Positions 18,473 to 28,200 of a stretch of 64,000 nucleotides of DNA are shown here, piece by piece. The notes beneath the pieces were generated by a model. That model ran no database searches and was not told the origin of the DNA. It was given only the letters and a program-made list of their open reading frames with translations. This stretch comes from a virus. Position numbers and translations under genes: made by a program. The DNA is taken from the IMG/VR virus record IMGVR_UViG_3300042881_006586; one strand, 5' to 3'. Each line of letters begins with the position of its first letter. Position 1 is the first letter of the stretch.

Positions 18473-18829
18473 TTAAGATTTACCTTTAAAACACTTATCT
18501 AATATTTTAGAAATACTATCTTCTTTTTCATAGCTTATAACAATCAAATTATAACCATTTTCTTTAGCAAACTTCTTTTTGATTTCATCATTTTGTTTTT
18601 GAATTTTCAATTTTTCTTCTCCACCAAAATGATTTATAGGTTCATAATGTTGGATTCCATTGAATTCAATCAAAATATTATATTTGGGAATATAAAAATC
18701 AAAAGGAAGTGGTCTGACATTCTTGCAATCATCAAACTTCTTTTGAAGGTTATATTTTATCTTTTGTTCAATCAAATAATTTCTTATTTTATGTTCCCCT
18801 TTGGATTCCCATTTTTTTCTTTTTGCCAT
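18473..18829 (-). CDS. PD-(D/E)xK (Vsr/DUF559-like) endonuclease
   Basis: SKGE, LPFDFYIP, LIEFNGIQHY motifs. Confidence 0.8.
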   Translation of the reverse strand: MAKRKKWESKGEHKIRNYLIEQKIKYNLQKKFDDCKNVRPLPFDFYIPKYNILIEFNGIQHYEPINHFGGEEKLKIQKQNDEIKKKFAKENGYNLIVISYEKEDSISKILDKCFKGKS

Positions 18830-18830
18830 A

Positions 18831-20798
18831 TCAGTTAATACTCATAAATTTTCTTTTGTTCAGCCAAAGACCACAACATACAGGTAAAGGTCTTTCAATA
18901 GTATCAAAGAAATCAACTTCAAACCCTTTAGTAGAATATTGTTTTGCTACTTCATACCAAGCATCTTTATAAAGTGCATTAAATTCTTCATGTCTTTTGC
19001 CTAACACATAATTGCTTCTATTGAAATGAGAATAATATTTCTCCTCCATAAAATAACTATCAGGAATTTCAAAGGAATCTATTGCAAATTCAAGATTTTC
19101 TGTTATCAATCCAATTTCTTCCGCAAATATATGCCCCATGTAGCTTTCATATACTTGATAGAATTTACCCTTTTCATTTTCATTTGGATAAAAAATGGTT
19201 GCATTGGCTTTAAAATCTTTCATCCATTTGAGTTCAAGTTTTTCTTCTCTTAAAAACTTATATCCCAAATTCTGTTTGGTGACAATCTTCTTATCCAATT
19301 CTATAATGCTTTCAATCAGATTATCTACTTGAAAATGATAGATAGAAATTTCTCTATGGACACCATTTTTTATAATCCTATTGACCCTACCCTCACGTTG
19401 TATAATCTTGCTTGGATTCCATTTTTGGTCAAAATGAATAAGTATATCTGCTTGATGTAGATTTACCCCTTCAGAAAGAACATCTGTTGTAGCGACAATT
19501 TGGATATTATTTTTGGTTACATTATTAGCATCAAAGTTTTCATTTATTAAATCTAAAGTAGATTCATTGCTTTCTGATGAATAACATATATAATTATTAT
19601 AAATTTTTGCCAAATATTGATTGATTACTTCAAGGGTATCTTTATACTCTGTAAAAATAACTGCCTTTTTATTCTTTATTATTTCAAATAACAATTCTAC
19701 TTTTTTATTGTCATTTAGCTCCTCAGAAAGAATTTTTATCTTTTGGAGGTATTCTTTATCCTTTAGTAAATCAAGCTCATAGTGGTCATTTAAAGGGTAA
19801 GTAGAGCCTTCTATATCAATTGTATAGTTTCCTTTGAGTAATTCTGTTTCAACATTGACCAACATTTTCTCTATTGATTTTTTGAAAGCATTCAAAGAAC
19901 TATCAAGGCGTTTTAGTAAGAAAGTTTTCATCAATCCTCCAAAGAAGTTTTGGTTTTTATATCTTGGATGATTGCTATAATAGATGATGTTTTGCATTGC
20001 AAATTTCATCTTGGTTAAGATATCTATAATGTTTCCAATTTTGATTATTTCATCAGGATTAAAAAAGGCTTCAATATTCGATTTGGTAATAGTTGGGAAA
20101 TGTCCCATCAATTTCACATCAGATTGATATTTTTCATTAATAGAATTTCTTGTATTCCTAACGGAGAAAGTATTTACTACTTTTGAAATAGTATCTATAT
20201 GTTTATCTTGAACTGAATTTATTTTAGAAGTTTCAGTGATTGCTTCAAAAGAATCATCTGAATATCTTTCGATAGTTTTTATTTTCTTTTCAGCTTCTAT
20301 TACCTTTTGAAATAATGAAGGCAGCATTATCAATGCAGGTGTATCTGATTTGAAATTTATCAATGAGATAACATTTCTAAATTCTCTTATATTATTTTGA
20401 AAAGGGGTTGCTGTTAACAAGAGGACTACAGGATTATGCCTTTTAATAAATTCAAAAACCTTTACAAAAGATTTAGATTTTTCATTTCTTAAATTATGAG
20501 CTTCATCTATGATAAGCACTTCACATTTTTCAGGTGAAGGTTTTGCATAGGTGGAAATCTCATAGAAATTTGGAGTTTTTGATAGGACATCTCTCCAACT
20601 CTTTTGATTGGATTTTGGGGAAATCACATTGATTTTTCCTTCAGTGATATTGATGGCTGTAGTTGAAGCTGTGATAGTTTTACCTAAACCTGTTTCATCA
20701 AAAATACAAGCACCATTATTAAACTTTACAATCTCTAATAGTTTAGCTATGGTATCACTTTGAAATAAGAAAGGTTCAAAAGAAGGAATGAGTTTCAT
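18831..20798 (-). CDS. SNF2-family helicase
   Basis: DETGLGKT, DEAHNL, TATPFQN, SEGVNL, QREGRVNRI. Start moved to ATG 20798 because TTG 20819 lies inside the promoter. Confidence 0.88.
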   Translation of the reverse strand: MKLIPSFEPFLFQSDTIAKLLEIVKFNNGACIFDETGLGKTITASTTAINITEGKINVISPKSNQKSWRDVLSKTPNFYEISTYAKPSPEKCEVLIIDEAHNLRNEKSKSFVKVFEFIKRHNPVVLLLTATPFQNNIREFRNVISLINFKSDTPALIMLPSLFQKVIEAEKKIKTIERYSDDSFEAITETSKINSVQDKHIDTISKVVNTFSVRNTRNSINEKYQSDVKLMGHFPTITKSNIEAFFNPDEIIKIGNIIDILTKMKFAMQNIIYYSNHPRYKNQNFFGGLMKTFLLKRLDSSLNAFKKSIEKMLVNVETELLKGNYTIDIEGSTYPLNDHYELDLLKDKEYLQKIKILSEELNDNKKVELLFEIIKNKKAVIFTEYKDTLEVINQYLAKIYNNYICYSSESNESTLDLINENFDANNVTKNNIQIVATTDVLSEGVNLHQADILIHFDQKWNPSKIIQREGRVNRIIKNGVHREISIYHFQVDNLIESIIELDKKIVTKQNLGYKFLREEKLELKWMKDFKANATIFYPNENEKGKFYQVYESYMGHIFAEEIGLITENLEFAIDSFEIPDSYFMEEKYYSHFNRSNYVLGKRHEEFNALYKDAWYEVAKQYSTKGFEVDFFDTIERPLPVCCGLWLNKRKFMSIN

Positions 20799-20816
20799 AT
20801 GAGAAATATTTTTTTT

Positions 20817-20848
20817 CAAAGGTAATGAAAAGTTTTCATATGAACAAA
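20817..20848 (-). promoter_or_regulatory. Bacteroidota-type promoter for the SNF2 operon
   Basis: Minus strand reads TTTG-N20-TACCTTTG. Confidence 0.7.
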
Positions 20849-20879
20849 AAAAAAGAGCTTTAAATTTTAAAGCTCTTTT
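20849..20879. terminator. Intrinsic terminator
   Basis: AAAAGAGCTTTAAA/TTTAAAGCTCTTTT hairpin. Confidence 0.75.
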
Positions 20880-20895
20880 GTAAGATTTATATTTT

Positions 20896-21771
20896 TTATC
20901 TTTTAAATTTATTTTTCTTCGTTTCTTTTAGAACATTTTTAATAAGTTTCCTAATTTCATTTAATGGAGTATTTAGTAATTCTTGTATTTCCGAATCAAA
21001 TTCATCTTCTTCCATTCTCCCTTTTTCCACCATTCTATAAAGAACCGCTATTGCTTTTTGATTTTCTGCACTTTCATTACCAATCCATTCATTATAATTG
21101 GCATAAGTTTTTCCTCCTGATGATGTTACAGGTTCTTCTGCAGGCTCATTTCCAAATTTTGATTTATAATCACCACCTAATTTTCCTTGATTTCTACCGC
21201 CACCTCTTCTAAATTCTGAAGAACTCGTAGCATCTGTTGCACCTTTAATATAATCAGGGGTTTCTGCAGATTTTTTAATTTTTATATATGGTAATATGGT
21301 ACTAATTATATTTTGTGTATTAACATTTTTTTTCATAAATGTTGAAAATACGTTTGATATAAATTCTGCAAGAATGTTTACTTTATCCATTGATTCTAAA
21401 GTAATGTCTCCTGAAACGTAAGGTTGAATACCTGCATTACCTAATCCTCTACTTTTTGCCCATTCATTTGTATAAAGCCATATACTCAAATCCCGAAAAT
21501 CTGTGCCTTCTAATTTTAAATATGTACCTTCAGGGATAGAATCATTATTAAAATTTCCTAAGCTAAACTCAACGTTATTAAGCGGTGTAAACTCTTCTTT
21601 TTTACTATCATAAAATTTTATATTATCTTTTAAGTATTGTTTTGCCTCTGAGCTAAAACTCATAAACACTTCTCTTATATTTTTATCAGTATTTTCAGTG
21701 CTTGGAAACTGTATATTTTCTTTCAAAATATTTTTAACGAGATTTCTAAGTTCGTTCAATGTAATTCTCAT
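20896..21771 (-). CDS. Hypothetical protein with leader motif at both termini
   Basis: N-terminal MRITLNELRNLVKNILKE and C-terminal LNEIRKLIKNVLKE. Confidence 0.75.
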   Translation of the reverse strand: MRITLNELRNLVKNILKENIQFPSTENTDKNIREVFMSFSSEAKQYLKDNIKFYDSKKEEFTPLNNVEFSLGNFNNDSIPEGTYLKLEGTDFRDLSIWLYTNEWAKSRGLGNAGIQPYVSGDITLESMDKVNILAEFISNVFSTFMKKNVNTQNIISTILPYIKIKKSAETPDYIKGATDATSSSEFRRGGGRNQGKLGGDYKSKFGNEPAEEPVTSSGGKTYANYNEWIGNESAENQKAIAVLYRMVEKGRMEEDEFDSEIQELLNTPLNEIRKLIKNVLKETKKNKFKR

Positions 21772-21820
21772 GATATATATTATTTATACTTGTAATTTAT
21801 ATATAAATATATAGAAAATA

Positions 21821-21853
21821 AAAAAAGAGCCTTAAAAAAATAAGGCTCTTTTT
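21821..21853. terminator. Intrinsic terminator
   Basis: AAAAAGAGCCTTA/TAAGGCTCTTTTT hairpin. Confidence 0.75.
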
Positions 21854-21860
21854 GTATCAT

Positions 21861-22211
21861 TTAAAATGGTAATTCACCATTATCTTCATCATCAAAAGAA
21901 AAATCTGATTCATCATCAGAATCATGTTTCGATGGAGGAGTATAAGATGCATTCTCAATTCTCCATGCTTGAAGGTTGACAAAGTATTTGTTTTGCCATT
22001 CACTTCCTCTGAGATTGAAAAATGTTTTTATGGTATCTCCTATTCTTTTGCTGTCAAGAAGATTACATTTTTCCTGTATCAATTCCATTTTTATCTTTTG
22101 AGGATAAGTTTCTTCGGTTTCGATAACGAATTCACGTTTTTTGAAATTGCTTGCTCCTACAGTGGAAGTTTCACCGATTTGCACCAATTTACCTGTTAAT
22201 TCAAAATTCAT
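21861..22211 (-). CDS. DUF3127-like OB-fold single-stranded DNA-binding protein
   Basis: FKKREFVIET..YPQKI, FNLRGSEW..KYFVNLQAWRIE, acidic tail ending LPF. Confidence 0.85.
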   Translation of the reverse strand: MNFELTGKLVQIGETSTVGASNFKKREFVIETEETYPQKIKMELIQEKCNLLDSKRIGDTIKTFFNLRGSEWQNKYFVNLQAWRIENASYTPPSKHDSDDESDFSFDDEDNGELPF

Positions 22212-22240
22212 AAATAAAATATTTAATAGAGTTAAAAAAA

Positions 22241-23515
22241 TTATTTGATAGAGCTGAAAATCTTTTTAAATGTTTGACCTCCTTGTTGCATAAGGCTATT
22301 TGAAGCTGCTGATATATTAGGTCTATAATTATTTCTTGAATCTAAAGCTACTTGAGCTAAATCTTCTTCAGTGTGATTAGGATTTTTTGCGATATAGTTT
22401 TTTATATCTTTTGCAAATTCTTGAAACCACCAAGGGCCGTTCCACACAGCGTATATAAAGTGAATCATCAATCTTTTGCTATTTTTGATAGCATTTTGTA
22501 ATTCTTCTGTTGGAAAGTAACTTTTCATATATTGTTGAAAATAAGGCTTAATAACATTTAAAGCTTTTATCCTTATATCAGAGCCAAGTTCTTTTGCCAT
22601 ATGATTGTAACCCCATTTTGGTTTACTGCCTAATGATGGTGGATTCCAACCACTATTTTTATCTATCTCAGTCCAAAATATTTTTCCTGCACCTGATTCA
22701 GCCATACCTTTACCTGCTAATCTATCTAATCCAAACATAGTTTCCCCTGAAGAAGCATATCTTTGGTCTTTTATTACTCCTGTTTTTAACATGTCGGGAT
22801 GATAAAATCCTCCTTCAAGATTATCAATAACAAATTGCCCTATACTTTCGAAATCAGCCGTACCATCAAATGTAAAATCATGTCCTGCTGCCTTTAATGT
22901 GATTCCTAAAACTACATTATATAGTTTACTAATAGTATCCATATTAGGGTCAATTGTTGAATCACTAAACCCTGAAGGGAAAACTTTTTCTCTTTGGTAT
23001 TTTCCAATTAAATCATAAAAAGCTGCGCATTTACCAACTGCTGCATAATCTATGTCTGCATCTTCTGAGGAAGCTTTACTTGCTCCATCTGAAGATGTAG
23101 ATGTAGAAGTTGTTGATTTTGTAGAGCTTGAAGAACTTGAAGTAATTGCATCTAATAATTGACTTGGACTTTTTGTATCAGCAGTACTTTTTGTATCAGC
23201 AGTACTTTTTGTATCAGTAGTACTTTTTGTATCAGTAGTACTTTTTGTATCAGTTTTAGCAGGAGTTGTTGCAGTTGAAGTTGACCCTTTAGAGCCACAT
23301 TTAGCTATTACATCTTGAACTTCTTTAGCCATACCTACTTTTTCATGGGAAAACAAGTCCAAAACATGTTTTACATCTTCAGGTTTATTTACTCCATTTT
23401 CACCTACTGATTGAAAATCTTTCTTTTGTTCAATTTTAGAAGCTTCCTCAAATAAATTTTTACGATTTCTTTCAACTAATTTATATATTTGTTCTAAAGT
23501 TAATATTTTTCTCAT
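22241..23515 (-). CDS. GH108-like lysozyme domain protein with leader and Ser/Thr-rich linker
   Basis: IDNLEGG...GETMFG motif; DTKST(T/A) repeats; late motif upstream. Confidence 0.65.
   Translation of the reverse strand: MRKILTLEQIYKLVERNRKNLFEEASKIEQKKDFQSVGENGVNKPEDVKHVLDLFSHEKVGMAKEVQDVIAKCGSKGSTSTATTPAKTDTKSTTDTKSTTDTKSTADTKSTADTKSPSQLLDAITSSSSSSTKSTTSTSTSSDGASKASSEDADIDYAAVGKCAAFYDLIGKYQREKVFPSGFSDSTIDPNMDTISKLYNVVLGITLKAAGHDFTFDGTADFESIGQFVIDNLEGGFYHPDMLKTGVIKDQRYASSGETMFGLDRLAGKGMAESGAGKIFWTEIDKNSGWNPPSLGSKPKWGYNHMAKELGSDIRIKALNVIKPYFQQYMKSYFPTEELQNAIKNSKRLMIHFIYAVWNGPWWFQEFAKDIKNYIAKNPNHTEEDLAQVALDSRNNYRPNISAASNSLMQQGGQTFKKIFSSIK
23169..23253. repeat. 18-bp coding tandem repeat (DTKST[T/A])
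   Basis: CTTTTTGTATCAG(C/T)AGTA about 4.5 copies. Confidence 0.9.
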
Positions 23516-23552
23516 TACGATTTTTATATAAATATTTTTTTTTCAAATAAAG

Positions 23553-23583
23553 TTTGATAATTTGAAAATTATTTATACCTTTG
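23553..23583 (+). promoter_or_regulatory. Bacteroidota-type promoter
   Basis: TTTG-N19-TACCTTTG upstream of 23631. Confidence 0.75.
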
Positions 23584-23630
23584 TCTTTCGATAGCAAATA
23601 TAAAGTTTAATTTCCTAAAAAACAACAATT

Positions 23631-23978
23631 ATGTTAAAAAAGTCAAAAATTTTATGGAATAAAGTTAGTCGCATAAAAAATGTTTGCGATAAAGTTGAAA
23701 GACAGGTTGAAGAAAATGAGAAGAAATTTTTATTTTTTGCAAAATTGTCATTAGATTATGAATATGCTATACATAATTGTGAATACGTTCCTATGGTAGA
23801 AGACCATCAAATGGAAATAAAGAAAATATTTGAACAAAGTCAAATATATTTAAAGAAAAGAGCTTATTATATAAGAAAGCTACAATTGTTACAAAGGATA
23901 ATAGCTGATAACAATTTAAGCATGTTTATTTCCATGAGAAAAATAAATGAAAAGTCATATTATGATAATTTACTATAA
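23631..23978 (+). CDS. Hypothetical protein (early/middle)
   Basis: ORF behind a host-type promoter. Confidence 0.7.
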   Translation: MLKKSKILWNKVSRIKNVCDKVERQVEENEKKFLFFAKLSLDYEYAIHNCEYVPMVEDHQMEIKKIFEQSQIYLKKRAYYIRKLQLLQRIIADNNLSMFISMRKINEKSYYDNLL

Positions 23979-24085
23979 TGAGACCAATTAAAATTTCAAG
24001 AAAAAATATTTGTGATTTTGCAACATTAGTTTCCAAAGGAATTATTATTGCAAAATTATTTGGTTTCAACTATAAAGAAATATGA
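23978..24085 (+). CDS. 35-aa microprotein missing from the ORF track
   Basis: MRPIKISRKNICDFATLVSKGIIIAKLFGFNYKEI; TAATG overlap upstream and ATGA overlap downstream. Confidence 0.65.
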   Translation: MRPIKISRKNICDFATLVSKGIIIAKLFGFNYKEI

Positions 24086-24384
24086 AAACAATCTATTATT
24101 ACTTCCCAAAAGAAGGTGTTAAGAATAAAGCAGGCAATGCTCTATTGACATTTGATTGGTTCAAAAAGAAATTCAGGCTTCCTCTTGATATGGATTATTT
24201 TAATCGGATAAATTATATTGAAGAAGGTGAAACATTTGAAATACCTTATATAAAAGATATAGTTGCTATAACTGATGAAGATATTTTATGGCAAGGGCAA
24301 GTTGAAGCAATCATAAGACAAAAAAGTTTGGAAGAAGGTGAAATTGTGAGAATCCTTCTTTGCGAAATAAAAAAAAGCCTCTGA
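24082..24384 (+). CDS. Hypothetical protein
   Basis: ORF followed by a terminator. Confidence 0.7.
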   Translation: MKTIYYYFPKEGVKNKAGNALLTFDWFKKKFRLPLDMDYFNRINYIEEGETFEIPYIKDIVAITDEDILWQGQVEAIIRQKSLEEGEIVRILLCEIKKSL

Positions 24385-24402
24385 TTTTTCAGAGGCTTTT
24401 TT
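24371..24402 (+). terminator. Intrinsic terminator (CCTCTGA/TCAGAGG family)
   Basis: AAGCCTCTGA-TTTT-TCAGAGGCTTTTTT. Confidence 0.8.
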
Positions 24403-24441
24403 GATTTTAATATTTGATATATATTTATATAAAAACCCATT

Positions 24442-25155
24442 ATGAATAATTTTTTAAAAATGTTATTGGCTACATTACCTATTTATATAGTGTTATACTT
24501 CTTATTTTTCTATCAAAAGAATCAATTGACACCTAATGATGTTATCAGCCAATTAAATCAAAGGGACTCTATAATTTCCACAAGCTTTGATAAACAGGGT
24601 AGACTAATAATTGACCATACTAACAGAGAATACAATACAACTGTCATTCAAAAATCAGATGATGCTGAAATGGTCAAATTGAGAGAGGAATTAAAAAATA
24701 TGAATATAAAAGTCAAAGATTTGAAATCAGCTATCGATTTGCAAACAGAAGCAATTGGAAAAGGGCAAATTCAAATAGTCAGACTAAATGATACTTTGGA
24801 TACTTATACTTTTTCGGATTCTACAGGGAAACATTTGAAATTAAAAGGTAAAGTTAATACCAAAAGTAATATGTTGGATTATGAATATTCATATTCTGCA
24901 AATTATAAATTATTTTCTTATGAATACAAGAAAAATCTTTTTAAAGCTCCTGAGCTTCGTTTGAAAATTGTTGCTGACGATAGTTCCAATACTATAAATG
25001 CTAAAACATTCAACGTAAAAGCTCCAAGAGAAATTGTAAGTATTGGAGCAGGTATAGGTGCTTCATTGATTTATGATAACAATCAAGTAAAAGTAAGACC
25101 TGCTATTCAAGTGGGGATTTTTAAGCCTATAATCACTTTTCGCTCAAAGAAATGA
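24442..25155 (+). CDS. Membrane-anchored coiled-coil protein, possible spanin
   Basis: N-terminal TM helix, coiled coil, C-terminal amphipathic beta strands; late motif upstream. Confidence 0.45.
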   Translation: MNNFLKMLLATLPIYIVLYFLFFYQKNQLTPNDVISQLNQRDSIISTSFDKQGRLIIDHTNREYNTTVIQKSDDAEMVKLREELKNMNIKVKDLKSAIDLQTEAIGKGQIQIVRLNDTLDTYTFSDSTGKHLKLKGKVNTKSNMLDYEYSYSANYKLFSYEYKKNLFKAPELRLKIVADDSSNTINAKTFNVKAPREIVSIGAGIGASLIYDNNQVKVRPAIQVGIFKPIITFRSKK

Positions 25156-25231
25156 TATTTATTAAAAAAGTATAGATTATTATCTTTTTTGAGGATATTT
25201 ATAAGAAAATATAAAATATAAAATATAAAAT

Positions 25232-28200
25232 ATGGATTTATCTTATTTTGACAAATTAATTAAAGAAGCGGATAGTTTTCTTAATGGATTGGATAAAGAT
25301 ACTATAAGATTGCTTAATGACAATATTAATAGATATCAAAGATTCAAAAAAAATTTTAAATTAGATAAGAGGTCATTTTATGATTATCAATCTTCTTTAC
25401 AATACTATGATACACTTGCAAAAAAAACCAAATCCGAAAGAAAGGATGTTTTTCAATCTATTATTAGAAATGCTGAAAATGAACTTCTTTATACCAAGAA
25501 TAATTATTGGCATGAGCGATGGAGAGAAGAAAATCGAGAAAACCTTGTTGAATTTTTAGATTTTTTTGAGAATTTTTATGAGCAATTTTCTGAAGGATTA
25601 AAATCATTCAAAGGACAGTTATATGAAAATAAAAAAGAAATGAAAATATTAAAACAAACAACAGTTGGAAACCTCAAAAGAAGATTGAATGAATCAAAAG
25701 GTGGATTTACTCTCGGTCAAGGATTTGGCAGTGAAACGAGATTCAAATCTAACGTTAATACCAATTCTATATACAATCGCAAACTTGATAAAAATGGAGG
25801 ATTCGGTCTCGGAGATGGTTTTACTCAATTGAATGAGGAAGAAATGGTTGATTTCATCGCTAACATTGTTGAAAACATGAAAGGCAAAACTGAATATCAC
25901 AATTTGAAATTTGTAGATAGAATTGCAAATGAAAAAGGTTTGTTTGAAAGCCATGCCAAAAATATCAAAAATATTATCAAAAATGATAGAACTCCATATC
26001 AATTGAAACTTCGCAAATATCTTACAGAAAATGTCGCTGAAGAAATGTCAGAAATTTATGAAGGTTATAGCGGATTGATGCATGAAAGTGAAATGATGGT
26101 TAATGAAATCAAAAAAACTTTCAATGAAATGAAATCAATGAAAAAAACCACAAATGAAGCTGTTGCAATGACTGCAGAAGCTTTGGATGTTCCTATGGAA
26201 ATGGTTCAAAAGATGGTTGAAATCCAAAAGGAAGCTTATGAAACTCAAATGGAAGGTGGTCAATCAATGGATATCACTGAAAAAATGTGTCAAGTTTATG
26301 AAGCTTATCAGAATATGTCTGAAGGAAACATGAAACCTGTTTATGAGGAATTGAAAGAAATGATGAATCCTAAAGAAGACCCTGAAGAACCTCCTTATGG
26401 TTCTTTGAAAGGTGAAAAAGGTTATGAAGGTTTTGATTCAGATGAAGGAGATGAAGAGAGTCAAGAAGATTATGAGGCACGTCAATATGATGCATATAAA
26501 AGAGATTATGAAGATGAAGAAAGATACAATCCATTAGAAGAAGAATCATGCATGGAATGTGGTGATACTGATGAGGATTCATATATCGAAGTGGAGTTAA
26601 GTTCTCCTAAAGATTTTGCTTTACTTCGTATGCTTGGAAAAGGTTCTATGCCTATGGAAAGACCTTCAATGGGAATGAAAGGTTATTCAATGGGAATGAA
26701 AAGACCTTCAATGGATGATGAAAATATGTATGAAGTTCCTATGGATTATTCATCAAACCCTTATAAGAAATATAAATTTGACACAGGATTGAGTGAAATT
26801 CCTTATGGAAAAAAAAAAATTAGTTCCTTAGAAGGTGAAGAGAGTACTCAAGGTATTGATAAAGGACTTTATGAAAGTGTTTTTGGTAGAAAAGGATTTA
26901 AAATATCTTATTGCAAGAAATATATGATGATTGAAAATGAGATATATTATGTTAATACAGGGAAAAAAGTAAAAAATAGAGTATTAGTTGAAAATTTAAT
27001 AGTAGAAGGTTGGAATTGGATTGATTATCTTCAAGCAGGCGTGAGTGTTGTTTCGATTATTTTTCCAGGAATAGGAAACGGCCCGCTTTTCTTAAATGGT
27101 ATGGTGTATTTTCTTAGGTCTTATTTTACTGAAGGCGGTGATGCAATGAAAGCTGAAAGGTATTGGAATGGTATTTTAGACATCGCATCTGCACTTTTAC
27201 CTCAAGTAATTGGTATAGTTGCAGCTACATGGAGGGGTGCAATAGCAGCAGCAAAAACTGCTACTACTGCTGCAAAAGTGAGTTCTACTACTTTCAGATT
27301 GGTGAGTGAAGCTTTACAAGCTCTTGTTACATATGGAGGATATATAGTTAAAAGTATACTTAAATTTGTATCATACGGATGGGTTAAATGGATTTTGGGT
27401 GCAAAAAGATGGACTGCTATTACTACAGGTATAAGAGCTGCATATGAAATGGTTAAAAAATGGTTACAAGGAATTGTGACAAGAGCAGGTGCAGCGAGTG
27501 CAAAAGTTACTGAAAAACTTGGTATGAATGCGGTTAAATTGGGTACTAAAGCTGAAATTTTAGTTGCAAAAAAAGGTTTTACAGGGTTTTTTGAGTCTGT
27601 TATAAATATTGCTTCGGGTAAAAATGTATTAAGAATTGTTTCAGGTTCTGAACAAGCATTATTAAAAGCATTAAAAGTTAAAGTAGGAACTAAAGTAATG
27701 ATTAATGGTGAAAAGGCTACTGTAAAGGCAATAGGAAATGATTATGTACATATACTTACTAAAAATGGAGCACAACAAATTAATACATTAGATTTTGTAA
27801 ATACTGCTATGAAAGCTCCTTGGATGAAATCTTATGTAATGAAAATATTAGCTCAACCTTCCGCTTATAAGCATGGTTCAATGTTTTTACAAGCTTTTGC
27901 ATTTGGAGCAGATGGTAGTGCTTCTTTTGATATGTCTAAACTTCCTGCAGAAGCTTATCCTAATTTAGCAGAAGCACTTGCAGGTATAAATTTAGACGTT
28001 GAACTTGCAGGCTACGAAGGCGAATCAGGTGAATATACAGTAAAAGATGAAGTTACCGCAGTTCAAACAGCATTGCAATCATTAGGTAAAGACCTTGGAG
28101 GTGCAGGTGTAGATGGAAAGTACGGGCCTGCAACTAAAGCTGCCATAAATAGTGCAGAAGAAGGTATTGAAGCAGAACCAACAACAGGTACTATTACAGT

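Noticed and set aside
18473-18829. Endonuclease as a mobile homing element
   Set aside because: Only the nuclease domain is present, with no DNA-binding repeats or intron context; it appears co-transcribed with the SNF2 helicase
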